Shown here: positions 1 through 9,200 of the stretch, one piece after another | Layout: each line of letters begins with the position of its first letter | Numbering within the stretch: the stretch's first letter is position 1 | Origin: an uncultured Candidatus Sumerlaeota bacterium | GTDB lineage: Bacteria; Sumerlaeota; Sumerlaeia; SLMS01 | NCBI GenBank assembly: GCA_964437365.1 | Contig: CAYTGM010000002.1 | Location: 130,212-194,211, forward strand | Length of the DNA stretch: 64,000 nt | Direction of reading: 5' to 3' | The notes under the pieces: generated by a model | Databases searched by the model: none | Told to the model about the DNA's origin: nothing | The model's input: the letters and a program-made list of their open reading frames with translations, nothing else | Program-made: the position numbers and the translations under genes

Positions 1-59
1 TCCCAGGGGGAGGCAGTTGTCTCAAACCAGGAAGCCCAGCGAAGGCGTTTCAGGGACGA

Positions 60-1196
60 TCAATTCTCTTTCGGGCACCTCAGCGTCGTGACCACGACTT
101 GAGGACGACAGAGAATTCTAAAGGGAAAGAAGGCACCGATCCCGTTGCTTACGAAAGTCCGCATTCCTTTGTAGCGTCCTGCACCATAAACCAGTTGGTC
201 GGGGGCAGAGCTGGAGGCGATCGTGGTCCCGAAGAGCGGAAGCCTGATCTGTCCTCCGTGTGTATGCCCGGAAAAGGAGAAATGGCACCCCAGGTTCCGT
301 AAGTGGGGGAAAGTTTGGGGTGTATGACAAAGGCCGATAACGGACTTGTTTCCAAACGACTTGATGCTCATCTCCAACTTCTCGATGAGACGTGGAGTTG
401 CAGGTATATAAGGATCTTCCAACCCGACCAGAAGAATAGAGTCATTCTTCTGAGGAATTTCTACGAATTCGTTTCTGAGGATTCTTCCTCCCCATTCCTC
501 TTCGACCATCTGGGCAAAATAATCCGGGAAGCTCCAGAAGTCGTGGTTTCCACGAACACCGTATATATTAGAATGCTTGCCTAGAGCCTTTAAGAGCCTT
601 CGAGCTTTCTTCCTGTGCCAGTAGCGCGAAAGAAAATCTCCCCCAATGAGCATGAGGTCCGTATTCTGTTCGAGTCCAATCTCCGCGATTTCATAGAAGT
701 AACTTTCTGTCAGGGTGGGGTGAACATGAAAGTCGGTCAGAAAACAGATTGTATATCCATCAAAGGACTCTGGCAGGTGGGGAAGTTTCAGGTCAAAACG
801 GACGAGCTCTGGCTTGTCGTATTCATTGATTGGGTTTGCTATCCTCATTCCGACTCTCACCGGTAAGAGGAAGTGAGGTTCGTTCATTCCTGGTGAATTA
901 AGAGTGAGTTGTTCTGTTTTTATGTGGCTGTTTCTCTCTCTTCTCATAATATACTCATAGAGAGCCTTAAGAACGATCATAGCACCGAGAAGAGCAGGCC
1001 ATGAAATGTGAGGCCAGTCTTTCTCAAGAGCAATGAGGTGAAGTACACCTGAGATACAGCCTAAGGGTAGAATAGAAATTGAGAGGAACTTTTTGATATA
1101 GCTTTCCCGGAGTCCAGCCAGGAAACGATTGTAGAACCAGACGAGAATTGAAGATGCCAGAATTCCGATGAAGAACGATTCAATTAGGTTCAGCAT
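60..1196 (-). CDS. Membrane-anchored metallophosphoesterase (calcineurin-like, YkuE-type)
   Basis: 378 aa. N-terminal TM helices. Metallophosphatase motifs DFHVH, GGDF, GNHD, GHTHGG in canonical order. Confidence 0.75.
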   Translation of the reverse strand: MLNLIESFFIGILASSILVWFYNRFLAGLRESYIKKFLSISILPLGCISGVLHLIALEKDWPHISWPALLGAMIVLKALYEYIMRRERNSHIKTEQLTLNSPGMNEPHFLLPVRVGMRIANPINEYDKPELVRFDLKLPHLPESFDGYTICFLTDFHVHPTLTESYFYEIAEIGLEQNTDLMLIGGDFLSRYWHRKKARRLLKALGKHSNIYGVRGNHDFWSFPDYFAQMVEEEWGGRILRNEFVEIPQKNDSILLVGLEDPYIPATPRLIEKLEMSIKSFGNKSVIGLCHTPQTFPHLRNLGCHFSFSGHTHGGQIRLPLFGTTIASSSAPDQLVYGAGRYKGMRTFVSNGIGAFFPFRILCRPQVVVTTLRCPKEN

Positions 1197-1197
1197 T

Positions 1198-1899
1198 TCA
1201 GGAGTTACTCTCTAGTGCTCGTCTATAATGATCAAAGAAGGTTTTCATTTTCGGGTGGGACTTGATGCGTGGCTCTGATTCGATTCCCGAGCTTAGGTCA
1301 AATGCATAGGGGAGAGGTCCCGGCTTGAGTCGCTCAATGATGCTCTCTATATTAAGATGATGGATACCACCTGCTACGAAAATTCTGTTCCCAGCGAAAA
1401 GGGGCTGAACAAGTTCATGGTTAAAGACCTTGCCCGTTCCTCCTTCTTTACCTTCTGAAAAGGCATCCGTAAGTATAGCGGGATGTGCGGGGGCGAGTTT
1501 TTCTATCTCTGCCGAAATAGAAGAATCCTTTACCTTCAGTGCGGGGATGATATGATCCGATCCGACTAATTGCACGATGTCGTCTGTATTACCGTGAACT
1601 TGAAGAGCGGTTAGTTTAAGGTCTTTGAAGGAAGCAGCCATGAGTTCTGGATCTTCATCCACGAAAACCCCAAAGAAGCGAGGTTCCATTCTTGATTTGT
1701 CTCTTACAGCCTGGACAAGAGCCTCTGCCTCTTTGAGCGTCAGGTGTCTGGGGCTTTTTGGAGTCATGATAATCCCAAGGAAATCAGCTCCGAGATCAAG
1801 TGCAAGCAGAGCATCTTCTGGTCGAGTCAATCCGCAGATCTTAATTCTAGGGGTGATTTGAGCATCGGGCAGTGACAATTTTTTTCTTCCACATTTCAA
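1198..1899 (-). CDS. trpF: Phosphoribosylanthranilate isomerase
   Basis: 233 aa. IKICGLT and GADFLGIIM near the N-terminus, plus a C-terminal GGI motif typical of PRAI TIM barrels. N-terminal 15-20 aa may be over-extended. Confidence 0.7.
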   Translation of the reverse strand: MKCGRKKLSLPDAQITPRIKICGLTRPEDALLALDLGADFLGIIMTPKSPRHLTLKEAEALVQAVRDKSRMEPRFFGVFVDEDPELMAASFKDLKLTALQVHGNTDDIVQLVGSDHIIPALKVKDSSISAEIEKLAPAHPAILTDAFSEGKEGGTGKVFNHELVQPLFAGNRIFVAGGIHHLNIESIIERLKPGPLPYAFDLSSGIESEPRIKSHPKMKTFFDHYRRALESNS

Positions 1900-1994
1900 T
1901 TGGCGAGTTGTCTTGTTTCCAGCCTCATCATTTGGTTGCCTTACTTATTTGGTGGCTGCAAGGTTGTTCAAACCTGAGTTAAGGAAAATCCAGC

Positions 1995-2822
1995 ATGAAA
2001 AAATTTCTGATTGGTTGTTCTATCGTCTTATTGCTGGCGATTGCCATCGCCACAGGCATCCTGATCTTTATCGGACTCAAGATCAAGGGGGTTGCGAATA
2101 ATTATGAGATGGCTTTCCAGAACATGGAGCAGCTTGAGACCAAGTATCCGTACACGAAACCGGGCACCAGGAAATTGGATGAAGATCGACTGCTTGCTTA
2201 TTTCGAAATCAGAGAAGGATTCATCACAAATATTCAGGAAGACCCGCTCATTAAAGCGTTCCTCGAAGCAGAAAAGGACCCGAACACGGCTCCTCCGGAA
2301 GTTGGTCTCGGTGACATGTGGAGAATTGGATCTGAAGCGATCCCAAGCTGGGTCGAAGAGTTTAATACTCTATCTGATTCAAGACAGATGCCTCCGTCGG
2401 AATATATATTTCATCTGCGTACCGTTTACCAGACGATCTACGAAGGACAGGAGCGCGGTGATCCGGATATGACTCGTATTTACTCTCAGCTGACAGATAT
2501 GGTAGATAATATGAACCGGGAAATTGCGAAACAGAACAACCCGGATCTTCGACCTGTACAATTGGAGCAATCACTCGAGGATATTGAGAGTATGGATGAA
2601 GATTCGATCGCACACAACATCACGCTCTTGAAAGATCATCTTGATAAGATTGAGGACAGACCAATGCTCGGCGGTATCGAAGTCTTTATATACTTCACTT
2701 ACGAAGCCCAAGTGATGCAGGGTAATGCCCCGCAGTTTGGAGGGCAGGGGAATGTTTCGGAGGCTGAAGCCACTCAGTTTGAAGGCAGCGTATCAGAGGC
2801 AGAGCCAATTCCTGCAAATTGA
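1995..2822 (+). CDS. Hypothetical protein with N-terminal signal-anchor/TM helix
   Basis: 275 aa. One hydrophobic helix (residues 5-28), then an acidic soluble region. No recognisable motif. Confidence 0.4.
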   Translation: MKKFLIGCSIVLLLAIAIATGILIFIGLKIKGVANNYEMAFQNMEQLETKYPYTKPGTRKLDEDRLLAYFEIREGFITNIQEDPLIKAFLEAEKDPNTAPPEVGLGDMWRIGSEAIPSWVEEFNTLSDSRQMPPSEYIFHLRTVYQTIYEGQERGDPDMTRIYSQLTDMVDNMNREIAKQNNPDLRPVQLEQSLEDIESMDEDSIAHNITLLKDHLDKIEDRPMLGGIEVFIYFTYEAQVMQGNAPQFGGQGNVSEAEATQFEGSVSEAEPIPAN

Positions 2823-2854
2823 GTTTCTACCTTCAGAGCCATGGCTAATTTATT

Positions 2855-4201
2855 CTAGTGCCCAGTAGATTTTCTGCTGGGCACTTTTCTTTTCTTCGCC
2901 GTCGTTGAAAGAAAGGCATATATTTTCCTGTTAGAGATCCATGGGAATTGCAATTCGCTGGCGCGCTTTCTAAAGTCTTTGATCTGAGATTGAAAGAGAG
3001 ACTCAATCTCGACCAGAAATTCGTAGGCAAGTCGCATTGTTGCAGGCCGGGTGCCATGAGCAAGAATAAGATTTCGCCTGGCACTGAGAACTTTACGAAA
3101 GGTATCGCTCTGACGATAATCCTGTCCCACGGGGTTTCCCAGGATTTCCAAGAGCTCATAGGACTTTCTTAATCCCAGTTTTATTTTCGCGTCTTCCAGT
3201 CTTCGTTCAGCTTCAAAGTAATCACGAGATCGAGGCGGGACTTTTCTGATCTCAAGGTCGTCAGTGCGTATCCCGTATTCTTTGTGCAGTATAGATTGCG
3301 CAAAGACTTCGGCGGCCCGGTGAAGTCGAATGAGCGCGTCGTCAGGTCTCTTTTCAGATAACCTTCGAAGTGCATTGTTATAGACATCGATCAATATCTC
3401 ATCAGGATAATCACCGTCACACTCCATGGCAGCCGCAGCCTTTTCAATCGACTTGAGCTGCTTTGCAGAGACCTTGAAATGCCTGGCTGGCTTGATATTC
3501 TGCAGTTGCTGAGAAATCGACTTATACCTTGTTACGAAATCTCCCAGCTGAAACCGGTCCCAGTCTTCATAGGCTGAAGAAAGGGTCTGCAAGGCTGAAA
3601 CAAGATCAGAACGCTGGGGGAGAAGGCTCTCTTTGTTGATGTCCGAGAGTAATTCCCCCGCCGTACGAAACCGCAGTTCCTGGATCATCGTGATAGACAT
3701 CCGGAGTTTTCTATCCCCCATGACAGACTTGCTTTCGGTAATCACAGGACGGGAAGAAGACTGTCCCGGAGGAGAATAGAGGTATCTCAAAGAGCGTACG
3801 TCATTATTGACTGCTGCAAGGACAGCTCCGGCACTCATGACCTTTGTCCCCCCCGTATAGTGCAGGACCATGTTTTCAGCAAGTACCCCATCTTCGAGAA
3901 GCTGGAGGATCTCTTCATTGGTCGCTTTGTAAGACTCATCAAGAGACTCCGCTGAGTTGAGAAGGCGAACTTTTGTTTCAGGAGGCTTGAACCCCGAAGA
4001 TCTTTGCAATCTTTCAGCGTTTTCTTTCGAGTCTTCGGTAGCAATGATGACCAGTTTGCCAGCCCCAGATTTCTTCAGGTCCCTCGCAAGGGCCGCGATC
4101 ACGTCATTCGATGATGGCCCATAGGTTGTCCCAACGGTCACGATCTGTGCTTTTGTCTTTGAGGCTTTGTTCGTTTTGAGAACCACTCTCGTTAGCTCCA
4201 A
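2855..4201 (-). CDS. CARF-domain + HEPN-domain protein (Csm6/Csx1-like cOA-activated RNase family)
   Basis: 448 aa. N-terminal Rossmann-like region with a T-rich loop (VGTTYGPS) and a downstream HYTGGTKVMS signature typical of CARF domains. C-terminal ARRNLILAHG matches the HEPN R-x4-6-H motif. Confidence 0.5.
   Translation of the reverse strand: MELTRVVLKTNKASKTKAQIVTVGTTYGPSSNDVIAALARDLKKSGAGKLVIIATEDSKENAERLQRSSGFKPPETKVRLLNSAESLDESYKATNEEILQLLEDGVLAENMVLHYTGGTKVMSAGAVLAAVNNDVRSLRYLYSPPGQSSSRPVITESKSVMGDRKLRMSITMIQELRFRTAGELLSDINKESLLPQRSDLVSALQTLSSAYEDWDRFQLGDFVTRYKSISQQLQNIKPARHFKVSAKQLKSIEKAAAAMECDGDYPDEILIDVYNNALRRLSEKRPDDALIRLHRAAEVFAQSILHKEYGIRTDDLEIRKVPPRSRDYFEAERRLEDAKIKLGLRKSYELLEILGNPVGQDYRQSDTFRKVLSARRNLILAHGTRPATMRLAYEFLVEIESLFQSQIKDFRKRASELQFPWISNRKIYAFLSTTAKKRKVPSRKSTGH
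2858..2897 (+). terminator. Rho-independent terminator between convergent genes
   Basis: Hairpin GTGCCCAG-N11-CTGGGCAC followed by TTTTCTTTTCTT. Lies just after the stop of the + gene and inside the last codons of the - strand CARF gene. Confidence 0.5.
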
Positions 4202-4329
4202 TTATTTGAAATTGTCAGAGATGACTAATTGATTCACATGCGTGGAACCAGTGATAATTGATCAACTTGAAGGAAAATATCGAGATCGAATCAGAAAATG
4301 TAGATCTCTGGCAGAGTTAAGGACAAAAG

Positions 4330-5337
4330 ATGTCGAGAGTGATTGATCAAGTGAAGAGTCAGCTCGCTGGAACGAACAGGAAAGTTGTGTTCCCGGAAGC
4401 GACCTTTGATGAACGGACGATCCGGGCATGCGCAAGACTCCTGGAGGAAGGGCTGCTTACACCCGTGATGTTGGGCAGGAGAGAGGATTTCATGACAACT
4501 GCCGAAGTTCTGGGCATCGATATCCGATCCGCACTTTTTCATTATCCGACGGACGACGAAAATCTGGAGGAGATGGTAGACCTTTATCAGAGGCGCCGAG
4601 CGAAGGAAGGTTTAACACGTGATCAGGCAAGGGCAGTGCTGCTCGGGGATTCACTCCTGTTTGGCGCTGGGCTGGTTGCTTTGGGGAAAGTGGATGCCAT
4701 GGTTGCGGGGGCCAGCCATGCGACCGCTGATGTAATAAGATCGGGACTCAAGATGGTCGGCTCTCGCGAAGGGATCCGAACAGTGAGTTCATTTTTCTTA
4801 ATGGAATTGGAGGAGAACTCGGGTTTTGGAATACAGGACCTACTTGTCTTTGCAGATTGTGCCATTGTTCCTGATCCTGATTCTGCTCAGTTATCTGAGA
4901 TCGCTTCGAATGCTTGTATGGATGTGCTGAAAATCTATCCCGACTGGGAGCCCAGGGTGGCTTTTTTAAGCTTTGCAACCGGTGCGAGTGCTGATCACGA
5001 GGCTGTAGATAAGGTGTCAAAGGCCGTTGAAATGTTCAGCAAACTTCATCCTGATGTCCCCGTTGATGGGCCAATGCAACTGGATGCAGCATTGATTCCT
5101 GAGGTTGCTTCGAGGAAGTGCGGGGGGTCTGATGTTGCTGGACGGGCAAATATTCTGATCTTTCCCGATCTGAACTCAGGAAATATCGGCTACAAGTTGG
5201 TTGAGCGACTGGGAGGAGCGTTAGCACTTGGTCCGATGGTGAGTGGTTTGGCGAGGCCAGTTAATGATTTGTCTCGTGGTGCATCCGAGCAGATTATTTA
5301 TGGGATGGGTGTATTATCGGCGGCACTTTCGAAATAA
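4330..5337 (+). CDS. pta: Phosphate acetyl/butyryltransferase (short Pta family)
   Basis: 335 aa. Overall phosphotransacetylase-family similarity, including a C-terminal NxL..GxxxGP-type region. Confidence 0.7.
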   Translation: MSRVIDQVKSQLAGTNRKVVFPEATFDERTIRACARLLEEGLLTPVMLGRREDFMTTAEVLGIDIRSALFHYPTDDENLEEMVDLYQRRRAKEGLTRDQARAVLLGDSLLFGAGLVALGKVDAMVAGASHATADVIRSGLKMVGSREGIRTVSSFFLMELEENSGFGIQDLLVFADCAIVPDPDSAQLSEIASNACMDVLKIYPDWEPRVAFLSFATGASADHEAVDKVSKAVEMFSKLHPDVPVDGPMQLDAALIPEVASRKCGGSDVAGRANILIFPDLNSGNIGYKLVERLGGALALGPMVSGLARPVNDLSRGASEQIIYGMGVLSAALSK

Positions 5338-5862
5338 AGATCTCGCTGGACGGTTCGTGTTCAGACGATTGAATTGGATCACGGTGAAATTCTTTCAGGA
5401 TTGTCATCGATGATTCGCAAATCCGACCTGAGTTTCTGTCAGGATTTTCCTGATGTGACAAAAAAAAGGAAAATACTTCGTTACCACGCTCAGTGAAAAG
5501 GAGATTTTCTTGATGGTCGACAAGGACAGTGAGATCTCGCAACCTGAGATTTGTGAGTGAGTTAGCAAAGAGTTCTTTCATTTTTGTCACAGAATTTTCC
5601 TTGCGGCTCTGGTGGATGGGAATTAATTGGTAGGGCGAAATGTACAGCGTGTTTTCTGTTTAAATGGAATTTATTGACCTCATCATGAGGAACTTCATCA
5701 TCGACCGAGAGGTACCAGAGAAACGAGTTTCTGACTTTGTTTCCTTTCTGTCTCAACTCTTCTCCTGTAAGAAAAACTTGCATTTTGAAGATTCTGGACT
5801 TGCCTTGCAAAGGATTGATGATATGAGATTTACGACGATACCTTCAGAAAGCGAGAGCGTCC

Positions 5863-7011
5863 ATGTTCGGTGGAGGCAAAAAAGTCGTCGGACTTGACGT
5901 GGGTTCCCACCAGGTAAAAGCGGTGGAACTTCGCAAATCCGGATCAAAAGTGGAGCTGGTGAGATTCGGAGTTGCCGATGTTTATCCTAACGGAGATCGG
6001 AGTGCGGCAGGGAATGCTGATGTGTTTCAGCTCAAGACATCAGCTATTCGAGAAGCAGTCCAAAAAGCTGGAATTACAGCCAAGCACTCGGTGTCTGCTG
6101 TAAGTGGCGAGTCAATTATCGTTCGCTACATTCAGTTGCCTGAAATGCCTGAAGAAGAATTAAAGAATGCCCTGAGGTGGGAAGCTGAGGAATATATTCC
6201 TTTTTCCATCGATGAGGTAAATCTTGATTCCGTTGTGCTCGGGCCAAGTAATGTCCCAGGCAAGCTTGATGTCTTACTGGTGTCAGCAAGAAAGGATCTG
6301 GTTAATGAGCATGTTCAATTAATTCGAACTGCTGACCTGACTCCTGTAGTTGTTGATGTTGAAGGCTTCGCATTTCTCAATTGTTTTGAAATGAATTACC
6401 AGCCGAAGCGAGAAGATTGTTACTGTCTCGTGCATATCGGCGCTGATGTTACGAACATCAATATTTATGTTTCGAATAGCTCGCGTTTCTCTCGTGACGT
6501 GAACGTTGCTGGAAACTCGATCACACAAGCCATCTGCCAGAAATGCCAGGTGCCTTACAGTAAGGGTGAAGAGTTAAAGCGAAACGTTGGTGTCAGTGTA
6601 TCTGATCTTGAGGATGAGGGTGAAGGTGAAAGCGAACTGATCAGTACGATCCGAGGAACAGTTGAGCGCATCACCGGTTCAGACCTCGGTGACGATTCAC
6701 CTGAAAACTCAGCTTCCCGTGCGATTCAAAATACCTTGCAGCAACTAATTAGTGAAATTCGTCGCTCTGTGCAGTTTTTCGAAGGACAGAGTGGTGGGGC
6801 CACTGTCTCGAAGGTTATCGTTGGTGGTGGTTCTTCCCGGTTGAAGAATCTGCCGGGATTTCTCCAGACGGAATTAGATATCCCCGTAGAAATCTTCGAT
6901 CCACTCAAGAATGTTTCCATCGGAAGCAATGTGGATCAGGGATTATTGCAGACACATCGAGAACAGTTGGGGGCAGGAATTGGCCTCGCACTGAGAAAGG
7001 TCCTCGATTAA
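5863..7011 (+). CDS. pilM: Type IV pilus assembly protein PilM
   Basis: 382 aa. Actin-like ATPase fold. N-terminal VVGLDVGSHQVKAVEL typical of PilM. First gene of a pilMNOPQ arrangement. Confidence 0.85.
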   Translation: MFGGGKKVVGLDVGSHQVKAVELRKSGSKVELVRFGVADVYPNGDRSAAGNADVFQLKTSAIREAVQKAGITAKHSVSAVSGESIIVRYIQLPEMPEEELKNALRWEAEEYIPFSIDEVNLDSVVLGPSNVPGKLDVLLVSARKDLVNEHVQLIRTADLTPVVVDVEGFAFLNCFEMNYQPKREDCYCLVHIGADVTNINIYVSNSSRFSRDVNVAGNSITQAICQKCQVPYSKGEELKRNVGVSVSDLEDEGEGESELISTIRGTVERITGSDLGDDSPENSASRAIQNTLQQLISEIRRSVQFFEGQSGGATVSKVIVGGGSSRLKNLPGFLQTELDIPVEIFDPLKNVSIGSNVDQGLLQTHREQLGAGIGLALRKVLD

Positions 7012-7017
7012 GTTGAT

Positions 7018-7788
7018 ATGATTAAGATAAATCTTCTCCCACAGGACATGGCAGGATCTGGAGCAGCCCCCGGCAGTACGGGCGGCGGAGCTTCCAGCGA
7101 ATCCGCTTTGGTTGCGATTGTTGTCATCTTGGCTCTCGTTGTCAATGGAGCGCTTGGGGCATACATCTTCTACTCGAAGAACAGTGCTCAAGCATCGTAT
7201 AATGTGGCAAAAGCCGAGCATGATCGCGTTAAAACTGAGCTCGAAGCGACGGCTGTTGAGTACGAAGAAATGCAGCTGACCATTGAGAGGATGACTCGCC
7301 TCATCAGCGTGGCTGAATCTCTCGATCCAGTTGATCGGGTGCTCTGGTCAAGAAAACTCAATCAGCTTCCACTTCTTATTCCAGAAGGTGTCTATCTGAC
7401 TGGAATCAGCGTGAACCAGGATGTGAAACGAGTTGAGACACCTGAGTCTATACAGAAAAGAAATACCTGGACACGCAGCAAGCAAAAGAACAAGGGCCCT
7501 GAGCCTGAAAAAGAGTTTGAATCCAGAATAACCTGGACGATGAGGCTTGATGGTGTGGCGTATCGAGATGGTGCGACCGCGGAGCAAAGGCTCGAACAGA
7601 TTGTTCGCTTCTATCGCAACCTGGAAAATAATACTGTTCGACTTCCCTTCGATAAAGAAGAATCAAGTTACATGGAAGGCATTGCAGGTAAGATCGAAGT
7701 AAGTAGTGTAACCGGCGGAACGATGCAGGGGCGTGAAGTTTCAAACTTTAACTTCACCATGAAAACTGACCCCCTGACTATCCGATAA
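7018..7788 (+). CDS. pilN: Type IV pilus assembly protein PilN
   Basis: 256 aa. N-terminal INLLP motif followed by a single TM helix. Position after pilM. Confidence 0.7.
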   Translation: MIKINLLPQDMAGSGAAPGSTGGGASSESALVAIVVILALVVNGALGAYIFYSKNSAQASYNVAKAEHDRVKTELEATAVEYEEMQLTIERMTRLISVAESLDPVDRVLWSRKLNQLPLLIPEGVYLTGISVNQDVKRVETPESIQKRNTWTRSKQKNKGPEPEKEFESRITWTMRLDGVAYRDGATAEQRLEQIVRFYRNLENNTVRLPFDKEESSYMEGIAGKIEVSSVTGGTMQGREVSNFNFTMKTDPLTIR

Positions 7789-7824
7789 CTTGGCCAAACG
7801 ATACTCTTTAGAGGAATGAAATGA

Positions 7825-8391
7825 ATGGCTCTTTCGGAAAAAAATAAACAAATTGTCCTCGCATCAGCGATTGGCGGTATTGCGGTTTTCGTGATTCTTG
7901 TTTATGTCCATTTCTTCTTTGTGAAGGATGACATAAATTCCTTGAAAGACAAGGCAGCAACCTTGAAGACCGAGACCGAAGCAAACAAGATACAGTTAGA
8001 TAAATATAAGAAAGAACTCGATAATCCTGAAAGACGACGGGAAGTTGAGGCGCGTTTCTATCAGATTGAACAAAGACTTCCATCGGATCAAGATACGGTA
8101 GAAGTCTATGATATTCTCAGAGGCTATTTCAAAGGCTCTGCTATTGTCTTTACAAACCTTGAGAGGGGACAGGAAAAGCGCTACGATCGTTACGCTGAAT
8201 ACCCTTTCACGATCAAAGGTCGAGCCAGATACCACCAGGTCGGACAGTTGGTGAACTTGATAGAATGTAACCCTGAGCGACTGATGCATGTGACGATGAT
8301 GGATCTCACTAACAATGATCGTCGTCCTTCAGTGCATCCGATGGAAATCGGCGTTTCAACATTCACATTCAATGAAGACTACAGAGATTGA
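7825..8391 (+). CDS. pilO: Type IV pilus assembly protein PilO
   Basis: 188 aa. N-terminal TM helix with a coiled-coil stretch, in the third position of the operon. Confidence 0.6.
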   Translation: MALSEKNKQIVLASAIGGIAVFVILVYVHFFFVKDDINSLKDKAATLKTETEANKIQLDKYKKELDNPERRREVEARFYQIEQRLPSDQDTVEVYDILRGYFKGSAIVFTNLERGQEKRYDRYAEYPFTIKGRARYHQVGQLVNLIECNPERLMHVTMMDLTNNDRRPSVHPMEIGVSTFTFNEDYRD

Positions 8392-8405
8392 GGAGATAGA
8401 CAGTC

Positions 8406-9200
8406 ATGAAAAAACATAGCCTCAATTTCCTAATCGCATTGATCGCCGCTCTAACTCTTACCAACAGCAGCCTGACGTTTGCTCAGGATGAGGAAGACTA
8501 CAGTGCATCTTCCGAAGATCAGCCAGTTGCTGAAAACAGCTCTGTTGAGGTCACGGTTGGTGAATTAGAAGAACTTCTGAATCTTCCCGATGAAGCAAGT
8601 CTTCGCAAGGAATATCAGGAAGACCTGCAAAACCCTCCGAACATCTTTACTGATGATGAGACAATTCGTCGTATCTTTGGGGATAAACCAAGGTTTGTCT
8701 ATCTTCCAGAAGGGGTGGACCCAATGATCATTCCCTGGGTCCGAGATCAGATCATCGCTGAAGAATTGCTGGAAGAGTCGACAATCGCTGTTGCAAATAA
8801 TGATTTTGACAAGGCTTTAGAAATTTTGCGCACGATCCGCGAGAATTATCCCGGAACTGAATCGTCGCAAAAAACTCCCGATGAAATTAATCGGGTGACA
8901 CGCCTTAAGGAAATATACATCGCTAGCCAGAACGCGGGTAATGAAGAACCCGAAGAAGTTGTGGCTTTACCTGCGCAACCAGAGGAGAATGAAGTTGTTC
9001 TTCCTCAATGGGTGCGGAGAAATACGAACGGTATACTGATGGTTAATGAACCGGTCGTCATTGTAGGGAATGACTTTCTGCAGGCTGGAGATGTGGTTCC
9101 CCGATATTCAACTGTGAAAGTAAAGTCGGTTGACTCTTCGGAGGTTGTCTATACCTACCAGGACAAAGACTTTATTGTGGAAGTGGTTGGGAGTTTCTAA
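8406..9200 (+). CDS. pilP: PilP-like pilus assembly lipoprotein
   Basis: 264 aa. Signal peptide and acidic linker. C-terminal beta-rich segment (LQAGDVV...VKVKSV...VVYTYQ) resembling the PilP domain. Located just upstream of the secretin gene. Confidence 0.5.
   Translation: MKKHSLNFLIALIAALTLTNSSLTFAQDEEDYSASSEDQPVAENSSVEVTVGELEELLNLPDEASLRKEYQEDLQNPPNIFTDDETIRRIFGDKPRFVYLPEGVDPMIIPWVRDQIIAEELLEESTIAVANNDFDKALEILRTIRENYPGTESSQKTPDEINRVTRLKEIYIASQNAGNEEPEEVVALPAQPEENEVVLPQWVRRNTNGILMVNEPVVIVGNDFLQAGDVVPRYSTVKVKSVDSSEVVYTYQDKDFIVEVVGSF

Noticed and set aside
5340-5862. 520-bp pta-pilM intergenic region, with the 77-aa ORF 5664..5897, examined for ncRNA or mobile remnants
   Set aside because: No repeats, hairpin terminators or recognisable motifs. 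The ORF overlaps the pilM start. Most likely just the pil operon promoter region.
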